In this document: one piece after another, positions 29,390 through 39,813 of the stretch
Position numbering within the stretch: the stretch's first letter is position 1
Layout of the letters: each line of letters begins with the position of its first letter
Source: a virus
DNA length: 64,000 nucleotides
Virus record (IMG/VR): IMGVR_UViG_3300021963_000060
Coordinates: 35,523-99,522 of that record
Reading direction: 5' to 3' (one strand)
Made by a program: the position numbers and the translations under genes
Notes under the pieces: generated by a model
Databases searched by the model: none
Seen by the model: the letters and a program-made list of their open reading frames with translations, nothing else
Told to the model about the DNA's origin: nothing

Positions 29390-30793
29390 TTATGGATTTC
29401 CAAAAGGATTTCTTTCATCAAAATCTAGAATTTTATCTGCCTCAACTTCTATTTCTAGATTTTGAGAATATCCATCTCTAAGATTTATTTTATCTTGAGG
29501 ATCTGATATATTATCAGTATTTATTATCTCAAGTACATATCTAGCTCCAGACTTTTGACCTATTAAAGTTTCACCTTTAACAAAACTTCCACTGGAGTTT
29601 GATATTTCTAATATTCTAGTAACTGCATTCCAAGATTTTACATATGCAGATGTACTACTTGCACTTCCTATGATAGGTTCATTTGGAATATAAGTTCCAA
29701 TTCCTGTAATAACAGGACTTCCTATAACTATAGTTGGATTTGAGAAATAATTTAAACCACTATCTAGTAATCTTATTGAAGTCACAGAACCATTTGATAT
29801 TTGGGCAACTGCTCTTGCTTCTGATGTTGCTCCCCCAACAAATGATACATTGGGCGGTGTTGTATATCCAGATCCACCAGAAGTTACTGTTATAATTCCA
29901 ACTATTCCATTTCCCAAAGTTGCATAAGCTTCTGCTCCAGCACCTCCACCTCCAGAAAATGCAATTTTTGGGGCAATTGTATATCCTGCTCCTGGATTCG
30001 TTATTAATACACCTTGGACTCTAAGTAATTCCTCATCTGTTTCGCAAAAATCAACTATTCCTCCAATCATTGTTGCTATTCCAGATGCTCTAACTCCTCC
30101 AGATGGAGCAGTAGAAAATGCTACATTTGGAGAAGATTTATATCCAGAACCTCTATTTGTGACCGTAACAAATCTAACACCACCATTAACAGTAGATGTT
30201 ATTGCACTAGCAGTTGAACCAACACCAACCATTTTTAAGGTCTGAGTTAAAGAAGTATCCTTGTTACTATCATCAATATCTTCTATACCAGTATTAAATA
30301 CCTCATCTTCAAATCTAAATGGTTCACAAGTTAGTTCATATACGTAATTTTTTTGTAGTTGATAGAATGGTTTTTCATGCTCTACGTATTTTATTTCAAA
30401 TAATTTATCATTAAGTGGAAAATAAATTATATCCCCTTCCTTTGGCCTAGTCGCTAATTTTGAATTAGGTAACCTTTGTATCAATGGGGTAATATAATTT
30501 TCAAATCTTTCCTTAGAAACTATTAAAGTTAAATCATCTATTTCTTGTACACCAAATTTTGATAATACAGTTCCTTGCCCACCAAATCCTTGATAAGTAT
30601 CAATATACATTTCTATAGGATATGCGGCACTAAATTCCGATTCTATTACTTCTTTAATTACGGTTCTTTGTGTAACATATTGTCTAGGAAGATAGTATAC
30701 TTCAATACCATATATTTTTATATGTTCATTTACTAAATCTTGTATTAAGTTCTGCTCACCTTTAGAACCCTGTAGAAAAAAAGGATTTAACAT
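29390..30793 (-). CDS. g14: Neck protein gp14 with inserted GSGY-repeat domains
   Basis: NPFFLQG, EVYYLPR, RPKEGDIIYFP, FEIKYVEHE.PFYQL, NPFG. Confidence 0.93.
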   Translation of the reverse strand: MLNPFFLQGSKGEQNLIQDLVNEHIKIYGIEVYYLPRQYVTQRTVIKEVIESEFSAAYPIEMYIDTYQGFGGQGTVLSKFGVQEIDDLTLIVSKERFENYITPLIQRLPNSKLATRPKEGDIIYFPLNDKLFEIKYVEHEKPFYQLQKNYVYELTCEPFRFEDEVFNTGIEDIDDSNKDTSLTQTLKMVGVGSTASAITSTVNGGVRFVTVTNRGSGYKSSPNVAFSTAPSGGVRASGIATMIGGIVDFCETDEELLRVQGVLITNPGAGYTIAPKIAFSGGGGAGAEAYATLGNGIVGIITVTSGGSGYTTPPNVSFVGGATSEARAVAQISNGSVTSIRLLDSGLNYFSNPTIVIGSPVITGIGTYIPNEPIIGSASSTSAYVKSWNAVTRILEISNSSGSFVKGETLIGQKSGARYVLEIINTDNISDPQDKINLRDGYSQNLEIEVEADKILDFDERNPFGNP

Positions 30794-30797
30794 ATGA

Positions 30798-31628
30798 TTA
30801 ACCTATCATATCTAATGGTGGAAGCTCATAAGTAGAAGACATTTTTTCAATTATTGCATCAAGTTCTCTTTGACCATCATCATATAATTGTCTTCCATTT
30901 AATTCTACACCACCAGGAAGTTTAACTCCCTGAAATTTAATTAAATTTTGACCCCACTGCCTTTTGATCAAAGCAGTTAGGTATGGTTTTAGGAATGAGT
31001 CATTCCAAACTCTATCATAATCCATTGGGTCTAACATCCTATAACAGTCAATTATTAAATATTGACCTGGAGTAAGACTTGACCAATCTATATCTAAGTA
31101 AAGTCTATCTTGCCTCTTGTTAAATCTTATTTGTTTTTGGGTACTTAATAACCAATCAATATCTTCCAAATATCTTTTAGTCATGGAATAAGTTAATAAT
31201 TCCATGGATCCCCAATAATAAACATCATTTAAAAATAATTGGTATTTGATACTAAACATTCCACTTGATATCGAATTAGACCCTTCGAATTGCATAATCT
31301 TGTTTACACCAATTACGTGTGGGGGTATTTGAATATAATTACTGTTTTCTTTAAATGAGAATGTGGTTGCTGTTCCTACAATAGAAGAAGTTGCTGAAGT
31401 AGTATCAATTCCTACTTTTCCTCTACCCCTATCAATATCTTGTTGAGTTACTTCATACTTTAAAAAAGTTTGATATACGCCATCGAAATGTCTTTCTTGA
31501 AATAATTGTAAAGCATCATCTACAAGATCATCTATTTGCTCTTCGGCTACGTTAACTTCCAAAACAGGAGCGCCAAGTTTTCTCAAGCAATAATCGACTA
31601 GTTCTTGTCTTGTAGATGGTTTAGCCAT
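30798..31628 (-). CDS. g13: Neck protein gp13
   Basis: YCLRKLGAPVLEVNV, HFDG, KRQWGQNLIKF, LPGGVELNG. Confidence 0.95.
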   Translation of the reverse strand: MAKPSTRQELVDYCLRKLGAPVLEVNVAEEQIDDLVDDALQLFQERHFDGVYQTFLKYEVTQQDIDRGRGKVGIDTTSATSSIVGTATTFSFKENSNYIQIPPHVIGVNKIMQFEGSNSISSGMFSIKYQLFLNDVYYWGSMELLTYSMTKRYLEDIDWLLSTQKQIRFNKRQDRLYLDIDWSSLTPGQYLIIDCYRMLDPMDYDRVWNDSFLKPYLTALIKRQWGQNLIKFQGVKLPGGVELNGRQLYDDGQRELDAIIEKMSSTYELPPLDMIG

Positions 31629-31792
31629 TATAGTTCTGAAATAACTTCTTGTTGTTTATAATATAATTTCATATAACATTTAGCAATATTTTTCAGAGTT
31701 TCAATATCATCTATATTATCTATGTCTCTAGAAAATTTTTCAAACTCAAACATTTTTCCATAATTTTCTAAAGTTATACTATTAGGATTCAT
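31628..31792 (-). CDS. 54-aa helical protein, NblA-like (not in ORF track)
   Basis: Manual translation MNPNSITLENYGKMFEFEKFSRDIDNIDDIETLKNIAKCYMKLYYKQQEVISEL; TAATG overlap with g13. Confidence 0.55.
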   Translation of the reverse strand: MNPNSITLENYGKMFEFEKFSRDIDNIDDIETLKNIAKCYMKLYYKQQEVISEL

Positions 31793-32105
31793 TTCCATTT
31801 ACCAAACTCCTTAATAGAGATTTTATTTCACTCAAATCATTTTTAACAGAATTAACATCATTTTCTAATGATCTAATTCTGCTATTTTCTTTCTCTTTGA
31901 TTTTTTTAGAATCTTGATAACTTTTATAATCATTTAGATTCATATTTAATACTGCTTTTGTTCTTTCATCTCTAATAAGAGAAGGATTTCCTTCGACAAC
32001 AGAAAATGGACTTTTTTGGGGCATTTTGTTCAAATCACCCATTGCAATTTTTTTATTTGCAATGGGGGGACCAAAATCCCCCTCTTTTTTATTTGGAATA
32101 TTCAT
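31782..32105 (-). CDS. Conserved hypothetical protein with C-terminal coiled coil
   Basis: VEGNPSLIRDERTKAVLN motif; DLSEIKSLL. Confidence 0.7.
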   Translation of the reverse strand: MNIPNKKEGDFGPPIANKKIAMGDLNKMPQKSPFSVVEGNPSLIRDERTKAVLNMNLNDYKSYQDSKKIKEKENSRIRSLENDVNSVKNDLSEIKSLLRSLVNGNES

Positions 32106-32112
32106 AGTTTTA

Positions 32113-35100
32113 TTATGCTAAAGCAATTACTCTTAAACTTCTAAGTCTTGGTGGATATGCCTGATTTTCAGAAGTTCCTACAAATTTAATACTAAAATGC
32201 TTGAAGTCTGGTAAATTATCAATTGTAAATTCATAATCTCTATAAACCAATTCTGTACTTATGAATCCATTACCATCAGTCTTTTCAATTTCAAAATCAG
32301 ATCTACCATCACTCTTCGAAATATCAATAACCTGACCAGATTCATAGATATTGTTATATCCTGGGAATGGATAATAAATTGGTTCCTCGGAAGGATCCTT
32401 CATTACAGCATAAAGTGCTCTCAATTCATTATATTTATTTACGTGAGCACCTACGATTATTTTAATTGCAGTAGCAGGAACACCAAGAGTAATTGGATTA
32501 GTTGCATAAACAAATGATGAGGGATCCTCTCGTATTGTCGAAACTCTAACATCAGTAGCAAAATCATCAACGATACTATCAACCCTATTGCTGGTAAATA
32601 TCATACCAACTCTATCGAGGTCAATAACTGGAGATAGATTCTCATTAGATGTTGATAACTTAAGATTCATTGTAAATGATTTGTTACCAGGCATCTGTGT
32701 TAGATTATTTTGCTCATTAATTTTAGATGCAATTATTCTTGGAGACTTCAAGTAAGTATTTTCATCAATACTGATAGGTTCATAACCCTGATCTACATAA
32801 GATTCTTCATTACCATCAGCACTAGTTCCACTTACTGTTCTAATTTTTCCAGTTAGATTTGTACCAGTTAGATCCATTGTCTGGATAATTGGTTTTACAA
32901 TTTCATATGCAATATTTTGTGTTGCATAGATATTTGCTCCACCTGCTGATTTTGTTCCAGCGGAATAAAGTTTTGGAGTTGTAGTTCCAACACTTCTATC
33001 AACTTGGCCGTATGGTAGTGGTTCTGTTTTTCCAGCAGCACTTGTATCAATTTTAATAAAGTAAGAATCTAAGTTAATTGACTTAGCAATATCAACATCC
33101 TGTAAATCGTGTATTTTATTAATTCTTCTTAAGGAGATTCCATTAACTTCATACTTAAATACTAGAGATCCAGGTGGATGAGTGAATGATTTTGTTTGAT
33201 CTATTCCTCTAGTAATTCCAGTTAATGTTGTACCATCAATACCTTCATAAGAAATTATCTCCCTATCAATAATAATATAACCAGGATTTGTTGCAGAAAC
33301 TGGTAGATTTTCAAAATTAGCAAAAGCACTAGTTCCTGTGATACCATCACCATCAATAATCATATCAGTTAGATTGATAGAGTCTGTAGAATCACTTAAA
33401 TAAACTGTTGCTAGAGTTGATGGTCTAATATCAGAATATGCATCCTTTATTTCAACTCTATTATTTTTTGCGTGCATTCCATGGTTTTTATGGTTTACTT
33501 TAACATGTAAACCGTCAGATTCTTCAGATTCTACATCAATAAAATTGATAATAACATTTCCACCTATAGATGCATTAATATTTGTACTTCCAACACCAAC
33601 TGCAGAACTAATATATTGTACTGTTTTACCTACACCAGTTGAAAAATCACCTTGAACTTGATCTAAGATAAGTTGATTTATACCCTTAACATCGGATATT
33701 GAGAGTCTGATATTTCTTCCTAAAGGAGTACCACCCAAACTAGAAACCGTAACAATATCGCCAATTTTATAACCAGATCCACCTTGAGATATTGTTGCAC
33801 CTAAAGCAACAATAGATCCATTTGATATTGTAATATTTGCAGTAGCATTTTTTCCTGTTCCAGTTAGATTAACAAGAGGTACGTTTGCATAATATCCATT
33901 TGAGTAACCAATACCTGCATTAATAATATTCATATTACCAAATGCAGATCCTGCATATCCAACATAATTACCAGAGGCATTGGAACCCATTTGAATAATA
34001 GTGTTACCTAATTCTAATCCAGGATCTTGAACAGTAGTTCCAAGACCAACTCTAATCTTTCTTGAAGTAAAGTTTAGTGAATTTGGTACAAGATTAGCAA
34101 TCTGCTTATTTCCAACATTTAAATCTGGATTATAGAAATTTATATCTCCAGGACTTGTGCTGAATTTAGCCTTGTATAGGGTAAATTTAAGATCTTCATA
34201 TTGAGATGGATCCCATGTTGATCCATTCTGAGACTTAAACAGTGATCCAAGAAGAACCTGCTGAGTTACAACAATTCTTTGGGATTCTGGTTGAGATAAT
34301 GTTGAAACATCAGTTTCACCAAGTCTAGAAATCCAAACAGTGTATTCATTTGATTCGGACAGTAGGATTAGAGCGTGCTCTTCACCGCCTTTTAGATATA
34401 CTGGTGATGGGAAGTGTACAGTTGTTGCTACTGATGCATCTTCAGATACCTTAATATCTTTTGGTTCTACTACAATCTCACTGAATGGATAAACATCAGT
34501 TTTTGGTACGCCCATAGACATTGGACGCATTTGAATTGTAACAGGTAGATTATTTGGATCCTTTGTTCTGAAGTATAGGTCAACCTTAGTTATGAATACA
34601 CCATCTTCTTCCTCAACAAAGAATGATTGAGCAAGGGGATCCCAATAGCAATAACCCCAACGTCCATAATGATATCTCCAGTTATAAGGCCAACCATACC
34701 ATCCATAAACATTAGTAGATACTGAAGTTGTTGTCTCGGAAACTTGCTTACTCTCAGTTAACTTCTCAGAAGTAATATTTGCACTTCTTACAGAAACAAT
34801 TGTTTCTTGTATAGTATTCAAAATACCTTGTGCATAATAGTTGGCTTCACCACTTGTTGAGGTAACTCCATCAATTTGAGAGTTTATATCGCTGTTTGTG
34901 AGACGGAAACTCTTTGTTCCAGTTTCAAATGTGGGGTTTGTAGGTACGTTTGGATTAGGAATAAAGAATGAACCAATTACAGTTCCAACTTGATCAGTAA
35001 ATAATCTAATATTTCTTACAACAGCTTCAGCACCACTAGTTTGTCCTCTAAGAACCATTCCTTTTTGGAGATATCCATAGAAGTCACCTTGAGCTTGCTC

Positions 35101-38100
35101 AGAAAGACTGTAAGTGTCTATATTAAGCAATTCTGAAGTTGGAGAATATGTTTCAGGTAAAGATGTTGTACTTGTGGAATTATATGGATTTGCAGTGAAA
35201 ATATCTGTTGGTTCATTATATGGACCATATCTATGATTAGCAACAGCAGTTCTGAAAACAATCTGAGTAGGAGTTACACCTATAGTTGGATTTTCAAAAG
35301 TAGAAGAATCCATCACAGTACCAATAACAGTTTCTCCAACTTCAAATGTACCAGAATTCATAGTGATTTCTAGTAATTTTGGAACAATATACTCATTAAC
35401 GTCTTCACCATCAAAGAAAGCATAAACTTGAGTAAATGGTTTAAATCTCTTTCCAGTAAACTCAACGTTTCTAGATCTCATATATGAAATGAAATCTGTT
35501 GCGATAATAGAGTCTCCTTGAGAGTAAGTATTTACTTGCTCCGTAAGTTGCATTCTAGTACCTTCTCTAGTTGAGGTACCGGTTTTAGTAGTTGTAGCAA
35601 CTGTGGTATATGATCCCCAACCACCATACCATCCCCAAGGATAACCATAGTAGTAGTAAGGATATCCATATCCCCACCAACCATAATAGTGACCCCAATA
35701 TCCATGATAATATGGGTAACCATAGTAACCATAGTAGTATGGATATCCATATCCATAGTATCCGTAGTAAGGCCATCCATAATAATATCCATTCCAATAT
35801 GAATTATATGTTGTGGTCTCTCCTGTCCAAGTAGTTTCCCAAGCACCCCATGTAATTGGACTATAACCAGTCTGTGGGTCCCAACCAGCAGCAACTAATT
35901 GTTGTTGTGTTTGTGTAAAGTTATCAATTTCTACATTTTTAGCATCTGCTCTAACTTGGTCTACCCAAGTATCAGAAGATGGATAAAGTTCAATAGTTCC
36001 ATTATACCTTGTAACAAGATATGGAGTTACGTTTTCAGTTCTTGTCGCAAATGGTTGTTGAACTTGTACAACGTGCTCATAATCAAGAGTAATCATTTGA
36101 CCAGTTCTCTTGATATTATTTCCGATTAAATCAGTAACATATCTTGGATCTGCATTAGGATCAACTGAAGTTCCAATTCCAACTAAAGAAGAAGATCCTA
36201 AAAGTAAATCAACTTCGGTAGTATATGGAGCAGGTCTTAATTCACCATTCTTAGAGTCAATACTATTTTTAACAATAGTTATTTTACTTTGAGATGTTGT
36301 AGTAGTAAAATCGTCAACAAAAAATCCAGATTTAAATCTATCTAGACCATTAGCATCCTTAATTTTTAAATTCTCTGTATTAGTCTCAAGTAAATTAAGA
36401 GTAGTATATGATTCTAGATTCTTAATTCTCTCCTCTAGTTTAGAGATATCTTTCATTTGATATCTCTTATGTGGAGTAATATTTACTGTTGCTCTAGAAG
36501 CATCGCAAAGATATGGTGGTAAAGTTACAGTTGCAACTTCTAGTGCGTTTTCAACCAGTTGAGGAGCTTGAGGAATCTCAGATGGTTCACCCTTTACTAA
36601 TTGGAAAGTACCATCCTTAGTTAAGAAAATTTTATCAATTCTGGGAAGATAATATGAATAACTTAATACAATTGACTCATCGGATGCTAGTACATTTTTA
36701 GCACTATTTCCAGAGGAAGTAAATGATCTAGCTAAAAATTCAAAAGGAGATCTGTTTGCAGTTTGAATATTATATGGAGAAACCCTTGGTCTAGCATCGA
36801 TAATATCTGTATTATTGATACTTTCTTTAGCAAAAGTAACAGTGCAATAATCAAATTGATTATATGAATCTGCAGTGGTTATATCTCCAGTATCCGAACT
36901 AGCAAATGATGCAGATTCGTAAATTATTCTTATCTTTTTGGTTGGTTCTTTAGCCTCAGGTTTTCTAATTAACTTAGCATAATCATATATTGTTTCTTTT
37001 TGTCCATAATCGAAGGAAAAGTCTGGAAGAATACTCTTATCACCTAACGTAGTGTCTCCAACTACTGCTTCAATTCCAGTTTCTCTGAATTTTACAATCT
37101 CACCTTGTTGAAGTACCCTATTATTCAAATAAGAAAATTCTGCTTTTAGATCATTAATTCTACCAACATAAATTGCTACAGCACCACTATCCCTTCCAAT
37201 AAATTCTTCACCTGGAATTAAATCATTAACTGTTCCTGTTGGTCCAGATAATGTCGATAGACTAACTGTTGGTAATAAAGGATCCTGAACACCAGAAGAT
37301 TCTAAAATACCATAAACTCTAGTAATTTCTGGAACCATTAGACAAATTTCTTCGTCCTGAACTCTAGTTCCATATGGGAAATTACCAACTTCTAATCCAT
37401 CATTAACCGTAGTGCTTCCTATACCAGAATAATCGTATCTGGATCTATTGAGCACTATAGAATTAATTCTATTTTTAATCTTTGTTTTAGATTTTATATT
37501 TACTTTTCTTAGGGTAGCAATTAATCTTGCTTGTGGATCATTAGATCCAAGGCCATAAATTGTTAGTTCTTTAGACGCATTTGTGAATACAAACTTATCT
37601 TGTGTTAGAACTTCAAATGCACCATTTGATCTTACTAAAATATATCTTTCCTCATCAAATGGTAAGAATGTTTCCCCACTATCTGCAGTAACAGTGCTAG
37701 ACTGACCACTTGTAATTGTAATGGGATATTCTTTTCTTATTGTTATAGACGAATCTGTTAGATCAACAGAGGAAATATAAGGTCTTGGTAGAGAAGTGAA
37801 TAAGGTATTATCTGGAGATGGTTGGAAGTTGGATGCTAAAATTGATAATTCATTTAGATCAGTTTCTGATGTAGGTAGTGAACCATCACAAACTCCAGAA
37901 ACACTAGTAATTCCAGCAACAGTTATAGTTTTCTCTTGTACTGTTAAAACTCTGTTAAGAGTTGGAAGATCTCCATTTGGTTTTCTATAACTGATTAAAC
38001 CACCTTCTTTTACTTTATTAATAAAAGTAAAATCATTATCTACAGTAAGGCTAACTGTACTGATACCACTAACATTCTTGGATATCTTAGAGAAACCTAC

Positions 38101-39807
38101 AGAATGTGCTAATGATGGGATAATATCAGCACTAAAAATAGTTGTAGAACCATTTAGTTGTGATACAGATCTAACATCTTTGTTGCTAAACTCAGTTATA
38201 GCTACAGATACTCTACTATCAGTTTCTGTACCATTAAAAATGAATTTTTCACCTACGGCAAATGAACCAGTAATATTATAAGCAGTTACGATACCAGAAT
38301 TTACTACATCATATCTAAGATATCCTGATGCCCCACTAGATTTACCTTTAATATGTACTGGAGTAGTTAAATTAATAGGTTCATTTAGAACAATTTCACT
38401 ATATGTCTGAATATCAAATAAACTTAAATCCCATTGATTTAAGTTTGGATTTGATGAATCATATGCTCCAGACTCTAAAGCAAAATCATAAACTCTAGCT
38501 AGTCCAATCTCTTTTCCATTACCTGAAGTTTGAGAAGCTCCTACTCTTTGATCTCTCAGACTTACAATAAATGGTGATCCTAAATCAATTTTAGGGGAAC
38601 CGTATACTCGGTTTACTGTATATGTAGAACCAGTTACATAATTTACACTTTCATTTTCAACCTTTTTAGTTGTTCTTGGTTTATCAAAGTCTAAGTATAC
38701 GCTGGATAAGATAGAAACTTCATATCCTCTAACATATGCTTTTCCTGGAGAAATTTTATAAGTTGCTAATGATTCTCTAGGTACATTATTATTATAAGTT
38801 AATTGGTCTGCTCTATAGAGACCATTATTACCAAGATTATTTGTTAAAGTTTCTTTTGGTGTAATGTCGAATGGTCTTACATAGTAATCGCCAGACTCAT
38901 CAAAAGTTCTTCTTGCAATTTCATCTTGAATTACACTATATTGGGGTTTTGATTTCGTTGAAATTAGAACCCCTTCTTTAATATCAAGTAAACTAATGAA
39001 ATTTTCGTTATTTGTACTATCTAAAGGTTTTTTACTTAAAGTTGCTGTTATCTTGAATCTATCTGCACCTGGTGCAGCATAGTTTGTGAAACCTTGAGCA
39101 TTATCAGAAAGACTTTCATCTTCATCGGAAGTTATAATTTCTTCCTTAATATCAAAACCAACTTTGTATGATGGTTGATTGTTATATGGATCTAAAATTA
39201 AAACCTGATTAGATACATTTACAAAAGTTCCTCTAATATAGTAAACACCTTCTGATAAAATTACAGCAGATCCTACAGAAGTTGAATTAGTTTGAATTGT
39301 ATTTGCAAATCCTTCGCCTGCTTGAACAATTACTGTCTTTTTAACAATATTTTCATCAATGATTAGTTTTTCATTATCTAAAAATACTCCTTGATTATTA
39401 TCACCAGAAGCAGTGTAAGATACGAAGATAGTTACATTCTCATTCAGAGAATCTTCTTCACTTAAAACTGATATAATTTTTGCTTGTACTTTTGAAGTTT
39501 CGCCTTTGATAATTTTGCCTACAATATTATCAATATAAAAGCGAACAGGTATTCCTAGATATTCAGGTTCTAACTGAACTGAATAAAATTGATTATTATA
39601 ATTTGTTTGACCAGGAATTACAACCGATCCTTCCTTGAAGGTGTGATTTGCAAACTTCTCAATCTGATTTTGGAAAATAGATTGAAGAGTAGTTAACTCT
39701 CTGGCTTGAACAGGATAACCAGGCTTGAATAATACTTTATAGTAATTTTTTGACTCATTAAAGTCATCAAAGTAAGGTGAGATATTTAAATTAGTATCTT
39801 GAGGCAT
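32113..39807 (-). CDS. Large virion structural protein (VrlC/DUF4815-like)
   Basis: NISPYFDDF, LFKPGYPVQARELTTLQS, APGADR, RFKSGFFVDDF, DPLAQSF, LFKSQNGSTW, LRVIALA. Confidence 0.88.
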   Translation of the reverse strand: MPQDTNLNISPYFDDFNESKNYYKVLFKPGYPVQARELTTLQSIFQNQIEKFANHTFKEGSVVIPGQTNYNNQFYSVQLEPEYLGIPVRFYIDNIVGKIIKGETSKVQAKIISVLSEEDSLNENVTIFVSYTASGDNNQGVFLDNEKLIIDENIVKKTVIVQAGEGFANTIQTNSTSVGSAVILSEGVYYIRGTFVNVSNQVLILDPYNNQPSYKVGFDIKEEIITSDEDESLSDNAQGFTNYAAPGADRFKITATLSKKPLDSTNNENFISLLDIKEGVLISTKSKPQYSVIQDEIARRTFDESGDYYVRPFDITPKETLTNNLGNNGLYRADQLTYNNNVPRESLATYKISPGKAYVRGYEVSILSSVYLDFDKPRTTKKVENESVNYVTGSTYTVNRVYGSPKIDLGSPFIVSLRDQRVGASQTSGNGKEIGLARVYDFALESGAYDSSNPNLNQWDLSLFDIQTYSEIVLNEPINLTTPVHIKGKSSGASGYLRYDVVNSGIVTAYNITGSFAVGEKFIFNGTETDSRVSVAITEFSNKDVRSVSQLNGSTTIFSADIIPSLAHSVGFSKISKNVSGISTVSLTVDNDFTFINKVKEGGLISYRKPNGDLPTLNRVLTVQEKTITVAGITSVSGVCDGSLPTSETDLNELSILASNFQPSPDNTLFTSLPRPYISSVDLTDSSITIRKEYPITITSGQSSTVTADSGETFLPFDEERYILVRSNGAFEVLTQDKFVFTNASKELTIYGLGSNDPQARLIATLRKVNIKSKTKIKNRINSIVLNRSRYDYSGIGSTTVNDGLEVGNFPYGTRVQDEEICLMVPEITRVYGILESSGVQDPLLPTVSLSTLSGPTGTVNDLIPGEEFIGRDSGAVAIYVGRINDLKAEFSYLNNRVLQQGEIVKFRETGIEAVVGDTTLGDKSILPDFSFDYGQKETIYDYAKLIRKPEAKEPTKKIRIIYESASFASSDTGDITTADSYNQFDYCTVTFAKESINNTDIIDARPRVSPYNIQTANRSPFEFLARSFTSSGNSAKNVLASDESIVLSYSYYLPRIDKIFLTKDGTFQLVKGEPSEIPQAPQLVENALEVATVTLPPYLCDASRATVNITPHKRYQMKDISKLEERIKNLESYTTLNLLETNTENLKIKDANGLDRFKSGFFVDDFTTTTSQSKITIVKNSIDSKNGELRPAPYTTEVDLLLGSSSLVGIGTSVDPNADPRYVTDLIGNNIKRTGQMITLDYEHVVQVQQPFATRTENVTPYLVTRYNGTIELYPSSDTWVDQVRADAKNVEIDNFTQTQQQLVAAGWDPQTGYSPITWGAWETTWTGETTTYNSYWNGYYYGWPYYGYYGYGYPYYYGYYGYPYYHGYWGHYYGWWGYGYPYYYYGYPWGWYGGWGSYTTVATTTKTGTSTREGTRMQLTEQVNTYSQGDSIIATDFISYMRSRNVEFTGKRFKPFTQVYAFFDGEDVNEYIVPKLLEITMNSGTFEVGETVIGTVMDSSTFENPTIGVTPTQIVFRTAVANHRYGPYNEPTDIFTANPYNSTSTTSLPETYSPTSELLNIDTYSLSEQAQGDFYGYLQKGMVLRGQTSGAEAVVRNIRLFTDQVGTVIGSFFIPNPNVPTNPTFETGTKSFRLTNSDINSQIDGVTSTSGEANYYAQGILNTIQETIVSVRSANITSEKLTESKQVSETTTSVSTNVYGWYGWPYNWRYHYGRWGYCYWDPLAQSFFVEEEDGVFITKVDLYFRTKDPNNLPVTIQMRPMSMGVPKTDVYPFSEIVVEPKDIKVSEDASVATTVHFPSPVYLKGGEEHALILLSESNEYTVWISRLGETDVSTLSQPESQRIVVTQQVLLGSLFKSQNGSTWDPSQYEDLKFTLYKAKFSTSPGDINFYNPDLNVGNKQIANLVPNSLNFTSRKIRVGLGTTVQDPGLELGNTIIQMGSNASGNYVGYAGSAFGNMNIINAGIGYSNGYYANVPLVNLTGTGKNATANITISNGSIVALGATISQGGSGYKIGDIVTVSSLGGTPLGRNIRLSISDVKGINQLILDQVQGDFSTGVGKTVQYISSAVGVGSTNINASIGGNVIINFIDVESEESDGLHVKVNHKNHGMHAKNNRVEIKDAYSDIRPSTLATVYLSDSTDSINLTDMIIDGDGITGTSAFANFENLPVSATNPGYIIIDREIISYEGIDGTTLTGITRGIDQTKSFTHPPGSLVFKYEVNGISLRRINKIHDLQDVDIAKSINLDSYFIKIDTSAAGKTEPLPYGQVDRSVGTTTPKLYSAGTKSAGGANIYATQNIAYEIVKPIIQTMDLTGTNLTGKIRTVSGTSADGNEESYVDQGYEPISIDENTYLKSPRIIASKINEQNNLTQMPGNKSFTMNLKLSTSNENLSPVIDLDRVGMIFTSNRVDSIVDDFATDVRVSTIREDPSSFVYATNPITLGVPATAIKIIVGAHVNKYNELRALYAVMKDPSEEPIYYPFPGYNNIYESGQVIDISKSDGRSDFEIEKTDGNGFISTELVYRDYEFTIDNLPDFKHFSIKFVGTSENQAYPPRLRSLRVIALA

Positions 39808-39813
39808 AATAGT

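Noticed and set aside
35532-35894. Alternative-frame ORFs over the Tyr/Gly tract (120, 70 and 74 aa)
   Set aside because: By-products of low-complexity codons inside the 2564-aa gene; no independent start signals
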